Notes: generated from the sequence alone by a model not told the origin. DNA of 64,000 nucleotides from a virus (IMGVR_UViG_3300021420_000017:64001-128000), one strand, 5' to 3'. Positions 16,960 to 27,488 are shown, counted from the first letter of the stretch. Translations and numbers: made by a program.

Positions 16960-18732
16960 GTGTGTGCGGTGGCGGGACGCGACGTGCACGAGGTCGTACG
17001 CCAGTACGAGCATGCGCCCAGTCAGGAACCGATGCATGGCCAACTAGGCCAGATCCGGCGAGCCCCCTCCACCGATCAGAAGAAGACACGGCGCGAGCTG
17101 CAACGCAAGGCCGACCTGGAGGACTCCATCGTGACCCAGCCACAGTCCCGCACGGCGGCTATCGCCGATCTGCTGGGCCGAGCCAGCGTGGCTCGCACTC
17201 AGCCCGAGCGAGAGAGCCTGATGCTGCAGGTGGAGAGCCTGCGCACTGAGGCCGCCGCCGAGCACGAGGCCGAGTACGGCTTTCAGGTCGGAGCGGCGAA
17301 GGTCCGTGACACCCTGGTGCCCGGTCATGGCTACGAGCGGATGAGCGAAGAGACAGACTGGATCATCGGTCTGACGTCGACCGCCAGCCTCACCGAGGCC
17401 AGCCAGGAGATGGTGGCTCAGGCCACGATGTGGTTCGACCGGGTGCCGGTCATGGTCAAGGAGTATCCCGAGGAGTTCGGCGAGCAGGCCCGCAACATGG
17501 GCCGCCGCCTGGCTGGTCAGTTCGGCGAGCAGGCTGAGGCCGCTGAGCAGGCCTTCCTCACCGAGGCCGGGCGCCTGCACACCCAGGCAGTGCGCAACGG
17601 GGCGTTCGCCATCGCAAAGGAGGCTGAGCTGGACGCCGCCCTCGGTGGTTTCTCCTACGACGCGAACAGCGAACAGATCACTGACCCCACGACCCCCAAG
17701 CGCAGTCATGCCGCGCTCCTGGCGGACATGATGCTGCAGGCCCAGGCCGCCAGCTCGCTGCCCCAGGTGGCCGACGGCACCAACCCGGCCCCTGGGGACA
17801 CCTTCTCCACCCTCAATGGCGGGGGCGGCGTGCCTCCTGAGGCGACCGACTCCAACCGGGCACCCGCCTTGCAGGAGATCCAGAACTACACCGGCTGGGA
17901 CGGTTCCTCGGTCGTGCCGCCCAATGACAACCACGCAGACATCGACAATCACGCTGGCGGCCCCGTCAATGCCGCTAGTCCCCAGCCCGGCTTCCCGGTC
18001 GGCGCTTCACTGCAGCACACCGTTCACAAGGAGAGTCACATGGCCCAGGTGCACGTCGCGTGCCCGACCTGCGGCGGCCACGGCAAGGTGGCTACCCGCG
18101 CGCACGATCCCAAGACGGCCTACTCGGGCCTGCCTCAGATCGATCAGATCGTCAACGCCGATGACAGCCCCGGGGAGAGCCCATTCCCGGAGCAGGTCGC
18201 TTTCCCGGTGGTCTGGAACCCGAATACAGTGCCCGGCACTATCAACCAGGCCGAGCAGCAGATCGCCCAGCGCAACCAGCAGTCCCCGATTGCCTCCGGC
18301 GGGACGGGTCGCCCCTCGTCCGCCACGTCGAGTCGGCATGAGGCCAACGGCCGGGACAACTCCGGCTGGATCGGCGACATGGGCGCCAAGGGAACCGACT
18401 ACCCGGGCTATTCGACCCCCAACTACGGTGGACCTGGCAACCTCGGCCAGCCGGACCCGGTCTATGGCGAGGGCGGCGACAACGGCAACCAGCCGCTCAA
18501 GCCCTACGGTGCGCAGGAGGCCAACGACTACACGAATAACCCGGGCCAGAACTGGCAGCCTGGCCAACCGACGGCCGATGACCAGGCCTCCTCGACCGTG
18601 ACCCCCGCCGTCAACACAGGCGCGGGCATGACGGGTACCGCGAGTCGCAATCCCTACATCGCCGCCGCGCAGCAGGAGATCTTGCGTCAGCAGTCCATCA
18701 TCCGCGCCCAGATGGCTTCGCAGGGTCGCTGA
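16960..18732 (+). CDS. large head-associated protein
   Basis: 590 aa, downstream of the late motif; CPTC motif. Alternative start GTG at 17131 with GGAGG. Confidence 0.75.
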   Translation: MCAVAGRDVHEVVRQYEHAPSQEPMHGQLGQIRRAPSTDQKKTRRELQRKADLEDSIVTQPQSRTAAIADLLGRASVARTQPERESLMLQVESLRTEAAAEHEAEYGFQVGAAKVRDTLVPGHGYERMSEETDWIIGLTSTASLTEASQEMVAQATMWFDRVPVMVKEYPEEFGEQARNMGRRLAGQFGEQAEAAEQAFLTEAGRLHTQAVRNGAFAIAKEAELDAALGGFSYDANSEQITDPTTPKRSHAALLADMMLQAQAASSLPQVADGTNPAPGDTFSTLNGGGGVPPEATDSNRAPALQEIQNYTGWDGSSVVPPNDNHADIDNHAGGPVNAASPQPGFPVGASLQHTVHKESHMAQVHVACPTCGGHGKVATRAHDPKTAYSGLPQIDQIVNADDSPGESPFPEQVAFPVVWNPNTVPGTINQAEQQIAQRNQQSPIASGGTGRPSSATSSRHEANGRDNSGWIGDMGAKGTDYPGYSTPNYGGPGNLGQPDPVYGEGGDNGNQPLKPYGAQEANDYTNNPGQNWQPGQPTADDQASSTVTPAVNTGAGMTGTASRNPYIAAAQQEILRQQSIIRAQMASQGR

Positions 18733-18737
18733 CCGTA

Positions 18738-19019
18738 GTGAACTTCCGGCTGGCAGTCAAAAGGATCGAAGCCGATCTGGACCCGGATCGTGCAACATCT
18801 GTGCCATGGCCGACAAATAGGCCAGTGGTGCATCAGCCGTTGCCCAGCACGGATGGTCTCGACCCGGCTGCTCCCGGTGGGCCCTCTCCCTTCAACTCGG
18901 GGGCGGGGCCCTACGGGGAGCCGGTGGCAACAGATCCTCTGCGAGATACCCCTATCGCCCAGGGTATGCCGATTCCTCACAAATTGGGCCCGGACCTTGA
19001 CCAAACGACACTTCAGTAG
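18738..19019 (+). CDS. small Pro-rich virion-region protein
   Basis: 93-aa ORF filling the gap in the operon. Confidence 0.6.
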   Translation: MNFRLAVKRIEADLDPDRATSVPWPTNRPVVHQPLPSTDGLDPAAPGGPSPFNSGAGPYGEPVATDPLRDTPIAQGMPIPHKLGPDLDQTTLQ

Positions 19020-19030
19020 AGGAAAACGGG

Positions 19031-21634
19031 ATGACTGACTCATTTGCCATCAATGCCCTGTGGGATGGGGTCACCCGTGACTTCGACGCTGAGCAGGCTC
19101 ACGAGCGCTTCGTGCGGGGCAAGGTCGCGGTTGCCAGTCACTGGCCCTTCCTCGCGGTCGCGCAGAGCCCCGAGGAGTTCGATCAGCGGATGGCTCTCGC
19201 TCTGCCCGCGATCGAGGCCAAGCTCGACCCGGCGGTGGCGCAGCAGGTCATCGACTCCCTGGTTGAGGACTGGCAGATCATGCGCGAGGCACACCTAGCA
19301 GCGATGCCCAGTATTGAGGTCCAGGGGCGTCACCGCGCGGTCGTGGAGGTCGGGGAGCAGTTCTTCCACGCCGCCTCCCAGAAGTGGCTCACCGTGGTCG
19401 CTGGACCCGATGGAGAGCCCATCGCGGTCGAGCCGCATGTTGCCCACCTGGCCTACATCGACCCCAGTGATGCCCAGCGTTACTCGACCTACCCCAATCT
19501 CAACCCGCCGGTGAACAACGGCGGCATGCCGGTCGACCCGGATGGCTTCGTGGCCAGTCCAGATCCCGACCAGGCGGGCAAGAGCGATGCGGTCATCCAG
19601 CAGCGCCAGCTCACCCCGGGAGCCTGGACCGTCACCCCGGGCAGTGAATACCCGCAGCACGTCATGCCCCAGTCCGAGCAGTACGGCTACCAGTCCACTG
19701 GCTCTTACAAAGATATTGACAAGAATGGTTGTCCTGACTGTGGGACTAAGTGGGTAGACGGAAAGCTTCAGCACAAGAAAGATTGCCCCACTCTCAAGGA
19801 GTTTGACCCGCATCACGAGTCTTCGCGCCACACAAGCGGAGTCGTCACCACTGGCTGGACGCAGGCTTCGCTCGATCAGTTGCTGGCGGGGATGGGTCAG
19901 TTCGACAAGCTCGCGGGCGATCGATACCACGTGATTGAGGGACGTGGCGAGGCCGAGTTCCCTTCCGATCCCGATGGTTATCAGGATGGTCTGCGCGACG
20001 CGCATTACCATCACTCGCGTGGTGGTTACGACTTCCGCAATGACCCCGAGTTCGCCGACCAGTCCGACGGCTATCAGACTGGCTATCACAAGGGCAAAGC
20101 AGAAGCTACTGATGGTTACCCTCATCGGGCCGTCCGGCACATAGCAGGCGAAGGCGTCGTGCCCACGCCAGGCCCAAACCCGAACTACTTCAGTCAGGGC
20201 ACCAATGGGCTCATGGGCGACATGGGCTACCCGACTGATCCAGGCCCGGAACCGCTAACCCACAATCAAGTAGATGACTTCTACGGCGCGGTTCCACCGC
20301 TGGTCAGCTCAGGCACGGATGGCTCCCAGAACGGCCCCTATAGTCTGCAGGACCCGCAGGCGATGGCTCCGACCGCGAGCCGCCGCCCTTTAGCTGAGCG
20401 CACGGCAGCCACTGATCGTCGGTGGGATGATTTGGCGACTTACAAGGCCGATCCGGATCGACAGGGCCCGTCGCCTAAGCATTATCATGATGGTTTTCTC
20501 GATGGCGTACTCGGGCGGGATGGTACTCACCACAAACACCCGAAAGCTGAAGAGAGCTATCAGCTCGGTCACGGGCACGGGCGATCTGTGCCAAATGATT
20601 TGCGCTCTTGGGTTGCTGATGGCGGAGATATCAAGCAGTCTGTTTTAGTGACGGCAGCCTTCAATGACAGTCACGTGAGTGATTACGTCAACTGGGCTCA
20701 AGGGGAAGGTCATGATCCGGATCATCCCAAGACGCTGAAGCGGTATGAGCAGCGCCCGGGTATCGGAAAGGCACACACCAACTTCCTGGCAGATCAGCTC
20801 TATATCGGTAGCGGTGATCAGGACTGGCGCAAGAGCGCAATGACCGACGGTCGGATCGTCGGTCATTGCGATCACTGTTCGAAGCCCGTCCGTCTGCACA
20901 CCGAGAACGGTGAGCACGAGCTGCGTCACCTGCATAGCGGCTCGAACTGGTGCGCGCCCAAGGCCACCGATTCGCTCTCGGTGGCGAAGGTGTCTTCACA
21001 GTTTTTCGATCCCACCGACCCGAGTGTGCGCACTGCGGCCATCGGCGACCCGCAGGACATGAGCGGCCAAGGTGTGGACCCGATGCCAGGTGGCCAGGGT
21101 CTCACCCAAGACTCTTCTGGGACCGCTGATGCCAATGTGCCGGTGCCTGATCCGATGAGCAGCACCGGCAGCCTCCAGGCCTGGGCGAATCAGTACATCA
21201 AGCGGCAGGGCGACTCCTGGGTCATCACTCAGAAGGGGACCGGCAAGGTTCTCTCCCACCATGACAGTCAGGAAGAGGCCGAGGCCAGCTTCCGGGCGAT
21301 GATGGAGTCCAAGCACGGGGTTTCTCTGCGCGCTCAGGCCGACGGAGTCAGCATCGAGCGTCCTACAGCAGAAAACCCGACTGGGCGAGGCTCGGATGAG
21401 TTCCAGGCCACACATTGGGACAACATAGTGCAACAGCGACCAATGCAGGCGCCTGATGGCAGCGGTGGTCGCAATATCAACTCGCCCGTCTTGCCTGCCG
21501 CTCCGATCCGCACGATTGACACGAATCGGCCTGGCGGTCGGAATCCGCAGCAGGACGAGGTCGGAGAGAACCAGAACGAGGATTCGCGTGAGGCCTCGTT
21601 GCGCACCCTGGCGCAGATCATGGAGGCCGACTAA
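19031..21634 (+). CDS. large modular head-associated protein
   Basis: 867 aa with several small Cys/His and YxxGxxxG modules. Confidence 0.8.
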   Translation: MTDSFAINALWDGVTRDFDAEQAHERFVRGKVAVASHWPFLAVAQSPEEFDQRMALALPAIEAKLDPAVAQQVIDSLVEDWQIMREAHLAAMPSIEVQGRHRAVVEVGEQFFHAASQKWLTVVAGPDGEPIAVEPHVAHLAYIDPSDAQRYSTYPNLNPPVNNGGMPVDPDGFVASPDPDQAGKSDAVIQQRQLTPGAWTVTPGSEYPQHVMPQSEQYGYQSTGSYKDIDKNGCPDCGTKWVDGKLQHKKDCPTLKEFDPHHESSRHTSGVVTTGWTQASLDQLLAGMGQFDKLAGDRYHVIEGRGEAEFPSDPDGYQDGLRDAHYHHSRGGYDFRNDPEFADQSDGYQTGYHKGKAEATDGYPHRAVRHIAGEGVVPTPGPNPNYFSQGTNGLMGDMGYPTDPGPEPLTHNQVDDFYGAVPPLVSSGTDGSQNGPYSLQDPQAMAPTASRRPLAERTAATDRRWDDLATYKADPDRQGPSPKHYHDGFLDGVLGRDGTHHKHPKAEESYQLGHGHGRSVPNDLRSWVADGGDIKQSVLVTAAFNDSHVSDYVNWAQGEGHDPDHPKTLKRYEQRPGIGKAHTNFLADQLYIGSGDQDWRKSAMTDGRIVGHCDHCSKPVRLHTENGEHELRHLHSGSNWCAPKATDSLSVAKVSSQFFDPTDPSVRTAAIGDPQDMSGQGVDPMPGGQGLTQDSSGTADANVPVPDPMSSTGSLQAWANQYIKRQGDSWVITQKGTGKVLSHHDSQEEAEASFRAMMESKHGVSLRAQADGVSIERPTAENPTGRGSDEFQATHWDNIVQQRPMQAPDGSGGRNINSPVLPAAPIRTIDTNRPGGRNPQQDEVGENQNEDSREASLRTLAQIMEAD

Positions 21635-22795
21635 ATGAGTAGCGCAGTTCAGATCTTCTGCGGCAACTGCGGAGCGCAGGGGGCGGTCAACAAGGTCACT
21701 GCGAGCTTGCAGTGTGTGTGTGGCTCGACCGACCTGGGTCTCGTCGGGGTCGATACCCCCAAGGTGGTGACCGCCAGCGACTATGGCCACGAGGAAGAAG
21801 ACTTCGATCTGGGCTTCGAGCACGGGGCGAACGGTCATCCCAAGTCCGGCGCGAGTGAGGCCTATCATTTCGGTCACGATCGCGGTGTCAGCTACGCCCA
21901 CTCCACGGGCCGCTTCCGCACCGACCACGAGAACTATGGCAAGGAAGCCGCTCAACACGTCGCCTACCCGCAAGGGCCGGGTACGGGCTGGGGTAAGCCG
22001 CAGGATCTGACTCGGGGCTGGAGCGAGTACCAGGGCCCCCTTCCCGGGGGCAACCCGCAGTCCTCGGCGCCGGTCAGTGATAACGCCGTCTGCCCGGCCT
22101 GTCATGGGGCGGGCTGGGATCCGATGGACTCCACCGTCACCTGCCGGGAGTGCAATGGCACGGGTCAGGTCAACGCGCCCACCTCCAAGCCGCCGGTGGA
22201 AAGCTATGACGCCACCACTTCAGGGCCGCCGGTGGGCGGTGCTCGTTGGGCTAGCACTCGCACGGCGGGGCGCACTTCCACCGACGTTCTGGGCAGTCCG
22301 GAGCAGCACATCCGTGCCACCACCCCGGGCTACAGCGAGCGGGGCGGCTACCGGCCTGAGGGAGAGGTCGATCCGAACAACGCAGCGACCTTCTACCCCA
22401 AGGCCGACACGTATTCGCCGTTGATCCAGAGCCGGGAGCAGCCAGCCTACGAGCATGGCAACAAGCCCTACCAGATGGACTCTTCCTCCTGCCCGAACTG
22501 CGACCACAGCCCGACCGAGCTGCGCAAGGACAAGAACGAGGACGCCTGGGCCGTCTGCCCGCACTGCGGGCCGCTGGCCAACATCGACAAGCACCCCGAG
22601 ATCAATCCCTACGCATGGCCCCATGGCTTCACCCCGGACCGCTCGATGAAGACCTCGGCCCTGCTCGGGCGCAACAAGCGCACCGGCAAGCTGTTGCGCA
22701 TCGTGGCCACCGTGGCGAGTACGAACCCGGGCCTGCATCCGGGAGAAGTCGTCCGCCTGGCGCGCATGAGCGTTGCCTCGTTCGCGGAGAAGTAG
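21635..22795 (+). CDS. multi-Zn-finger virion-region protein
   Basis: CGNC..CVCG; CPACHG..CRECNG (DnaJ-like); CPNC..CPHC. Confidence 0.75.
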   Translation: MSSAVQIFCGNCGAQGAVNKVTASLQCVCGSTDLGLVGVDTPKVVTASDYGHEEEDFDLGFEHGANGHPKSGASEAYHFGHDRGVSYAHSTGRFRTDHENYGKEAAQHVAYPQGPGTGWGKPQDLTRGWSEYQGPLPGGNPQSSAPVSDNAVCPACHGAGWDPMDSTVTCRECNGTGQVNAPTSKPPVESYDATTSGPPVGGARWASTRTAGRTSTDVLGSPEQHIRATTPGYSERGGYRPEGEVDPNNAATFYPKADTYSPLIQSREQPAYEHGNKPYQMDSSSCPNCDHSPTELRKDKNEDAWAVCPHCGPLANIDKHPEINPYAWPHGFTPDRSMKTSALLGRNKRTGKLLRIVATVASTNPGLHPGEVVRLARMSVASFAEK

Positions 22796-22808
22796 GACCG
22801 ACCCGGAG

Positions 22809-23276
22809 ATGATCTCTCTCTACGAAGGGGACGCCGTCAGCTATGTCGGCGCGGCAATGCCGCCTGCGCACGGCAAATTGCTTTTTTTCGCCTCCGAGCA
22901 GGCCGCGCATGTGAAGTGGTCTGATGGACCCTTCGAGGGCAAGATCGCGATCGTTGATATCTGGGACCTGATGCCGGTCGAGTCCGCCCAGGTCCTGGCC
23001 AGCCTCGACCCGAACAGCCCCAACGCGCTGCGCCGAGTGATGGCTTCCCAGGGCGAAAGCGGGGCGGTGAACTTCCTAGTTAGCGCGAATCAGGTGGAGG
23101 GCTGGACCGGGATCGCTCGTGAAACGCTGAACTTTGTGCAGGCCAAACTGCGCAGTGATGCCTCTATGGATATGGCTTACGAACAACTTTCGGCCGCCGA
23201 GATTGATTCACTGATCGCTTTCTCTAGCCGTGTTTTGCTTAAAGATGCCTTCGGCGAACTGAACGAGGCGGACTAA
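22809..23276 (+). CDS. hypothetical protein
   Basis: ATG at 22809 after GGAG; SH3-like N-terminus is possible. Confidence 0.65.
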   Translation: MISLYEGDAVSYVGAAMPPAHGKLLFFASEQAAHVKWSDGPFEGKIAIVDIWDLMPVESAQVLASLDPNSPNALRRVMASQGESGAVNFLVSANQVEGWTGIARETLNFVQAKLRSDASMDMAYEQLSAAEIDSLIAFSSRVLLKDAFGELNEAD

Positions 23277-23278
23277 TC

Positions 23279-23965
23279 ATGTCTGTTAGCAACGGATGGG
23301 AATCAAGCATGGAGCACGGCATCCGTTACGTTCACCACCAGGGCTACTCCGGTGCAACCGCTCAAGTCTTAGTGGAACCCCCCAAACTCACGGTGCTGGC
23401 GCACGTCTCCGGAAACAGCATCGACTGTCTGCATTGTCCGTTTTGTGGCAGTGGTGCTATAGTAGCGAGAAGTGACGGAACGATTGAATGTTCCTTTTGC
23501 ACCTCTTGCTTTACTGTTCAGGTCCAGCCGCAGTTCCCGGCTTTCCCGATGACGACCCAGGGCCAGCCCTACCCGTGGCCGGGCCAGCCTGATCCCGCCT
23601 CCGTGGTGGCTCCTGGGAGTGCTCCGATGGCTCCTGGTGACCCGCTCGGCGGAGGTATCGGGGGAGCCCCGGAAGACATCAACGCGGTTGATCCCAACGA
23701 CCCGGATGCTGATGGGGCGGATGAGAGCGGGGACGATAGCGACGCTCCTCCCTGGCTCAAGGGCAAGAGTGGCGATTCCGATGCCGGAGACGATAAGAAG
23801 GCCCAGGTGGGGGGCAAGAGCGCTCCTCCATTCGTCAAGAAGAAGTCCTATCTCACCGTCACCGGCGCGCAGTTGTCCGAGCAGGACTACATCCGCCACC
23901 TGGCCATCGCTCACGCCCAGGACAAGAGACGAGTTGCCAGCCTGGTGAAGGCGAGCCGCACGTGA
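23279..23965 (+). CDS. Zn-ribbon protein with an acidic linker
   Basis: CLHCPFCG...CSFCTSC. Confidence 0.7.
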   Translation: MSVSNGWESSMEHGIRYVHHQGYSGATAQVLVEPPKLTVLAHVSGNSIDCLHCPFCGSGAIVARSDGTIECSFCTSCFTVQVQPQFPAFPMTTQGQPYPWPGQPDPASVVAPGSAPMAPGDPLGGGIGGAPEDINAVDPNDPDADGADESGDDSDAPPWLKGKSGDSDAGDDKKAQVGGKSAPPFVKKKSYLTVTGAQLSEQDYIRHLAIAHAQDKRRVASLVKASRT

Positions 23966-24282
23966 GCGGCAGCATCACCATCAACGCAGCATTGGCGCAG
24001 GCGGGCGTCCCGGACGAGACATTTGCGATAGCCATCGGCCATCCCTGCATGGGGGCGAAGTTCCACAGCCCTCGACCGTTGGTTACTCGGCGATTCTTTG
24101 ATGTGGATTACGTATTCGTCAATGAGGTGTGGCTCTGTCCCACTTGTTACGAAAACCTCAAAGTCCTCCTTCACTTAGCGGGCAAAGTCGAAGCATTGGA
24201 GTGGACCATTCTCCGCGAGTTCGGCAATCAGCTACGCGCACTGGGCATGACCATCGCGCAGAACCGCAGGCAGGAAGACTGA
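23962..24282 (+). CDS. hypothetical protein
   Basis: GTGA overlap. HPC...WLCPTC. Confidence 0.65.
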   Translation: MSGSITINAALAQAGVPDETFAIAIGHPCMGAKFHSPRPLVTRRFFDVDYVFVNEVWLCPTCYENLKVLLHLAGKVEALEWTILREFGNQLRALGMTIAQNRRQED

Positions 24283-27023
24283 TGGCGGACTTTGCAATCA
24301 ACGACCGGCGAGGTAAGGGCACCGGTCGGAGCAATGACGACCTGTCGCACTCGCGCCTGACCCGCAATGGAATGAATGTGCGCCGGGCCGTGGATGAGCA
24401 GGCGGCCAAGTCGAACATGTTCGGCGCTCCTCGGATGAACCGCGACAAAGAGACCCTCGATCACCTGAGCCGGGCCAAGATGTCGATGAGCCGCCGCGCC
24501 AGTCAGGGCACCGGGGTGAACAACGCGCCCAGTATGCAGATGGCTTCGGGTCGCCCACGCGACCCGATGTGGTACTGGAAGCAAAACAACATTCCGTTCA
24601 ACTTCACTGAACCAGCCGAGATGCAACGGATTAGGGAGTTTTGCAATACTCCCGACGCGCCGGTGACAATGGCCGATGGCACCACCAAGCCGCTCGGGCA
24701 GATCGTAGCCGGGGACAAGGTCAAGGGCTGGGACTACCTCGTGCACGCCACCAACCCGTGGGCCGGTGGCGGCTGGAGTTACGGCGGCAACGGGGGCAAG
24801 GTTCGTGAGTACGTCAGTGCCACTGTGCTAGCCACCAGCACCCGCACGGCTCCGTCGGTGGTCCGGCTGACGATGGCCTCCGGAGCGCAGATCACCTGCA
24901 CTCCGGATCACCTGTGGGCCAATCCTTACTACGGCCAGCAGGTGCAGTACAACGGCCCCTTCCCTCCCAACATGGCCAGCTCGACTGCGCTGATGAGCAC
25001 CGAGTACGCCCCGGCTCAGGTGGGGACCGAACTGCTTAATGTCGGGGCCGCCACGATGGACAAGGTCATCTCGATCGAGGATCTGGGCCCTGGCACAGTG
25101 GTCTCGATGCAGACCACCACGGGCAACTACATCGTCTGGGGAATGGCTTCTAAAAACTGCCGTCTGCTCTATGTTACTCACCCCATCATTGCGGCATGCG
25201 TAGACATCTTCGCTAAGTTTCCGCTGCAAGGATTACACTTTGAATCGAAAGACGATCAGCTTACTGATTTCTATAGCGAACTATTCTTTGATCAGTTGCA
25301 CTATGAAGACCACCTACTTGATATAGGTACTGAATACTGGAACTGCGGCGAGACGTTCTCTTTAGGGGCATGGAACGACACACTGGGTATCTGGGAGGGC
25401 GATCAGCTCATCAATCCGGATGACGTTGAGATTGAAAACGCGCTCTTCCTCAACGAGCCCCGCTTCCTTATGCGCCTGCCAGCGAGCCTGCGCAAGATCC
25501 TTACTACTCGAACTCCGCGTTATGCCTATGAGCAGATCGTGCGTAGCTTCCCCGAGCTGCTGCAGTATGTCGGCCAGGACGACCTCATGCCGGTCTCCAG
25601 CGTCATCCTCAAGCAGTTGCGGTTCAAGGCCGACCGGTTCAGCAACCGGGGCATCCCGATCCTCATGCGTGGCTTCCGGGCCATCATGCAGGAGGAAATG
25701 CTCAACAGCGCGCTGGACTCCATCGCCGACCGTCTCTATACCCCGCTCATCCTGACCAAGTTGGGAGCCACGGCGGCTGACCTGGGCACCACGGTTCCCT
25801 GGATCCCGGACCAGGACGAGATGGAAGAGTTCAACGTCGCGTTGGATGCCGCTCTGGCGGCCGACTTCCGGGCCCTGACCTACCACTGGGCTATCGACAT
25901 GCAGCCCGTCTTTGGCCGAGAGAATGTGCCTGATCTTTCCAACGACTTCGATCGGCTCACCGAGCGGCTTCTGATGGTATTCGGACTAAGTCAGACAATG
26001 CTCACAGGAGCCTCAGCAGGGGAAACTTACGCCGCTGATGCCCTAAACAGGGATGTAGTAACACAACTCCTCAGTCATTATCAGCGCAGCCTTGGTCAGT
26101 TCTATACAGATCGAGCACTCATCGTCGCTGAGGCGCAGGAGCATTATGACTACGAAGTGCGCGGGGGCAAGCGTTATCTGATTACCGAAGAGATCTATGA
26201 GATCGATGAGGAAAGCGGAGAGGAACGCATTGTCGAACAGCCGAAGCTCCTGGTCCCCGAACTCAAGTTCAAAATCCTCAACCTCACTGATGAGGATGCG
26301 GAACGGCAATTCATGGAATCACTGGCCGAGGCGGGTGTGCCCGTCCCCTACCGTGCGCGTATCTCCACGACCGGCCTGGATTTCAACGAGATGGTCGAAC
26401 AGCGGTCGAGGGAACAGGTCGCTCTAGCCGTCGCAGAGCAGGAGACGCGCAAGAAGACCTTCCTTGCACTGCGGGCCGCCGGGTTGCCCGTGCCCAGCGA
26501 TCTGATGGATGACTTCAGCCCCAAGGCGATCCCCGCCGACGGTACCAATCCGCCACTGGGGTCCATGGGAGATGAGGTTATCCCGGGGCTCGGTCAGCAG
26601 CCACTTGGTCTTCCGGCTCTGTCGCCCACGCCGGACGATCTGGCTCAGGCTGATCCGAATGCTGATCCCAATGCGGTGCCCAGCGACCAGGACGCGAACA
26701 TGGATGGCATTCCGGACTCCGAGCAGAATCCCGACCTGCAGCAACCCGGAGATGACGTGCCGCCTGAGTCGAATGAGGAGAAGGCCGACATGCCCAAGTC
26801 GGCCCAGCTCCAGAAGACCGCAGCGCTGCCTAAGTTCGGTATCAAGCAGATCACGAAGGACTATTACGTCCCGATCGACAACTCGGAGGAAGAGTCAACC
26901 AGGGACCACCGGCCGGACGGGATGTTCGGGACACCGAAGCATGTGGGCCTGAGACGCCACCTCGCGCCCCTCATCCCGGACGACATCAAGTTGAGTCATC
27001 TAGCCCCGGACGGGGATGAGTAA
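24282..27023 (+). CDS. portal protein (intein-containing)
   Basis: Size, position among head genes, and HPIIAACVDIFAKFPL, GE.F..G, RGIPILMRGFR segments resembling large-myovirus portals. Acidic C-terminal tail. Confidence 0.7.
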   Translation: MADFAINDRRGKGTGRSNDDLSHSRLTRNGMNVRRAVDEQAAKSNMFGAPRMNRDKETLDHLSRAKMSMSRRASQGTGVNNAPSMQMASGRPRDPMWYWKQNNIPFNFTEPAEMQRIREFCNTPDAPVTMADGTTKPLGQIVAGDKVKGWDYLVHATNPWAGGGWSYGGNGGKVREYVSATVLATSTRTAPSVVRLTMASGAQITCTPDHLWANPYYGQQVQYNGPFPPNMASSTALMSTEYAPAQVGTELLNVGAATMDKVISIEDLGPGTVVSMQTTTGNYIVWGMASKNCRLLYVTHPIIAACVDIFAKFPLQGLHFESKDDQLTDFYSELFFDQLHYEDHLLDIGTEYWNCGETFSLGAWNDTLGIWEGDQLINPDDVEIENALFLNEPRFLMRLPASLRKILTTRTPRYAYEQIVRSFPELLQYVGQDDLMPVSSVILKQLRFKADRFSNRGIPILMRGFRAIMQEEMLNSALDSIADRLYTPLILTKLGATAADLGTTVPWIPDQDEMEEFNVALDAALAADFRALTYHWAIDMQPVFGRENVPDLSNDFDRLTERLLMVFGLSQTMLTGASAGETYAADALNRDVVTQLLSHYQRSLGQFYTDRALIVAEAQEHYDYEVRGGKRYLITEEIYEIDEESGEERIVEQPKLLVPELKFKILNLTDEDAERQFMESLAEAGVPVPYRARISTTGLDFNEMVEQRSREQVALAVAEQETRKKTFLALRAAGLPVPSDLMDDFSPKAIPADGTNPPLGSMGDEVIPGLGQQPLGLPALSPTPDDLAQADPNADPNAVPSDQDANMDGIPDSEQNPDLQQPGDDVPPESNEEKADMPKSAQLQKTAALPKFGIKQITKDYYVPIDNSEEESTRDHRPDGMFGTPKHVGLRRHLAPLIPDDIKLSHLAPDGDE
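24642..25157 (+). mobile_element. mini-intein (172 aa, no endonuclease) in the portal
   Basis: Begins CNTPDAPVTMADGTTKPLGQI; has ITCTPDHLW (block B); ends TTTGNYIVWGMASKN followed by Cys+1. Spliced extein reads IREF-CRLLY. Confidence 0.88.
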
Positions 27024-27042
27024 TCGGACCGTTTAAAGTGAC

Positions 27043-27078
27043 TGTCTGATTTGATCTTGGAACGGATACAAGTAGTGA
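27043..27078 (+). promoter_or_regulatory. putative late promoter, variant
   Basis: TGTCT-N20-ACAAGTAGTGA. Confidence 0.5.
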
Positions 27079-27164
27079 CAGATCAATAACTGCGCGCAGA
27101 AGGTCGAGCCTCCGATGACGTGGTTGCCCGTAACCTTCATCCATAACGACGGGATGGCTCGTGC

Positions 27165-27488
27165 GTGAGCAGCAGCAATGTACTCAGCATAATTGAGGTG
27201 CTCTCCGCGATGTCTGTTCCTCTAGGAACTGGAGCGGTTGCTTATGTCCGATGGCGTAAGAACGCGGAAGAGGCACGGCATCAGCGGGAGCAAGCTGCTA
27301 CGACAGCAGCTAATCGGGCTGCAGCAGATGCAAGAACAGAAGAAAAAGCCATGCGCGATCAGTTGCTGAAGGCGAAAGATGACGAGATCGCTCGAATCAA
27401 TCTGATGCTGCAGCAGGAGCAGGCAGAGAACTCGCGGCTACAGGGGATGTTCCTAAATAGACCGCCCAATGGAGAAGGTGGGTCATGA
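27165..27488 (+). CDS. membrane protein with coiled coil (holin-like)
   Basis: N-terminal TM helix (IIEVLSAMSVPLGTGAVAYV) followed by a helical coiled coil. Confidence 0.55.
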   Translation: MSSSNVLSIIEVLSAMSVPLGTGAVAYVRWRKNAEEARHQREQAATTAANRAAADARTEEKAMRDQLLKAKDDEIARINLMLQQEQAENSRLQGMFLNRPPNGEGGS

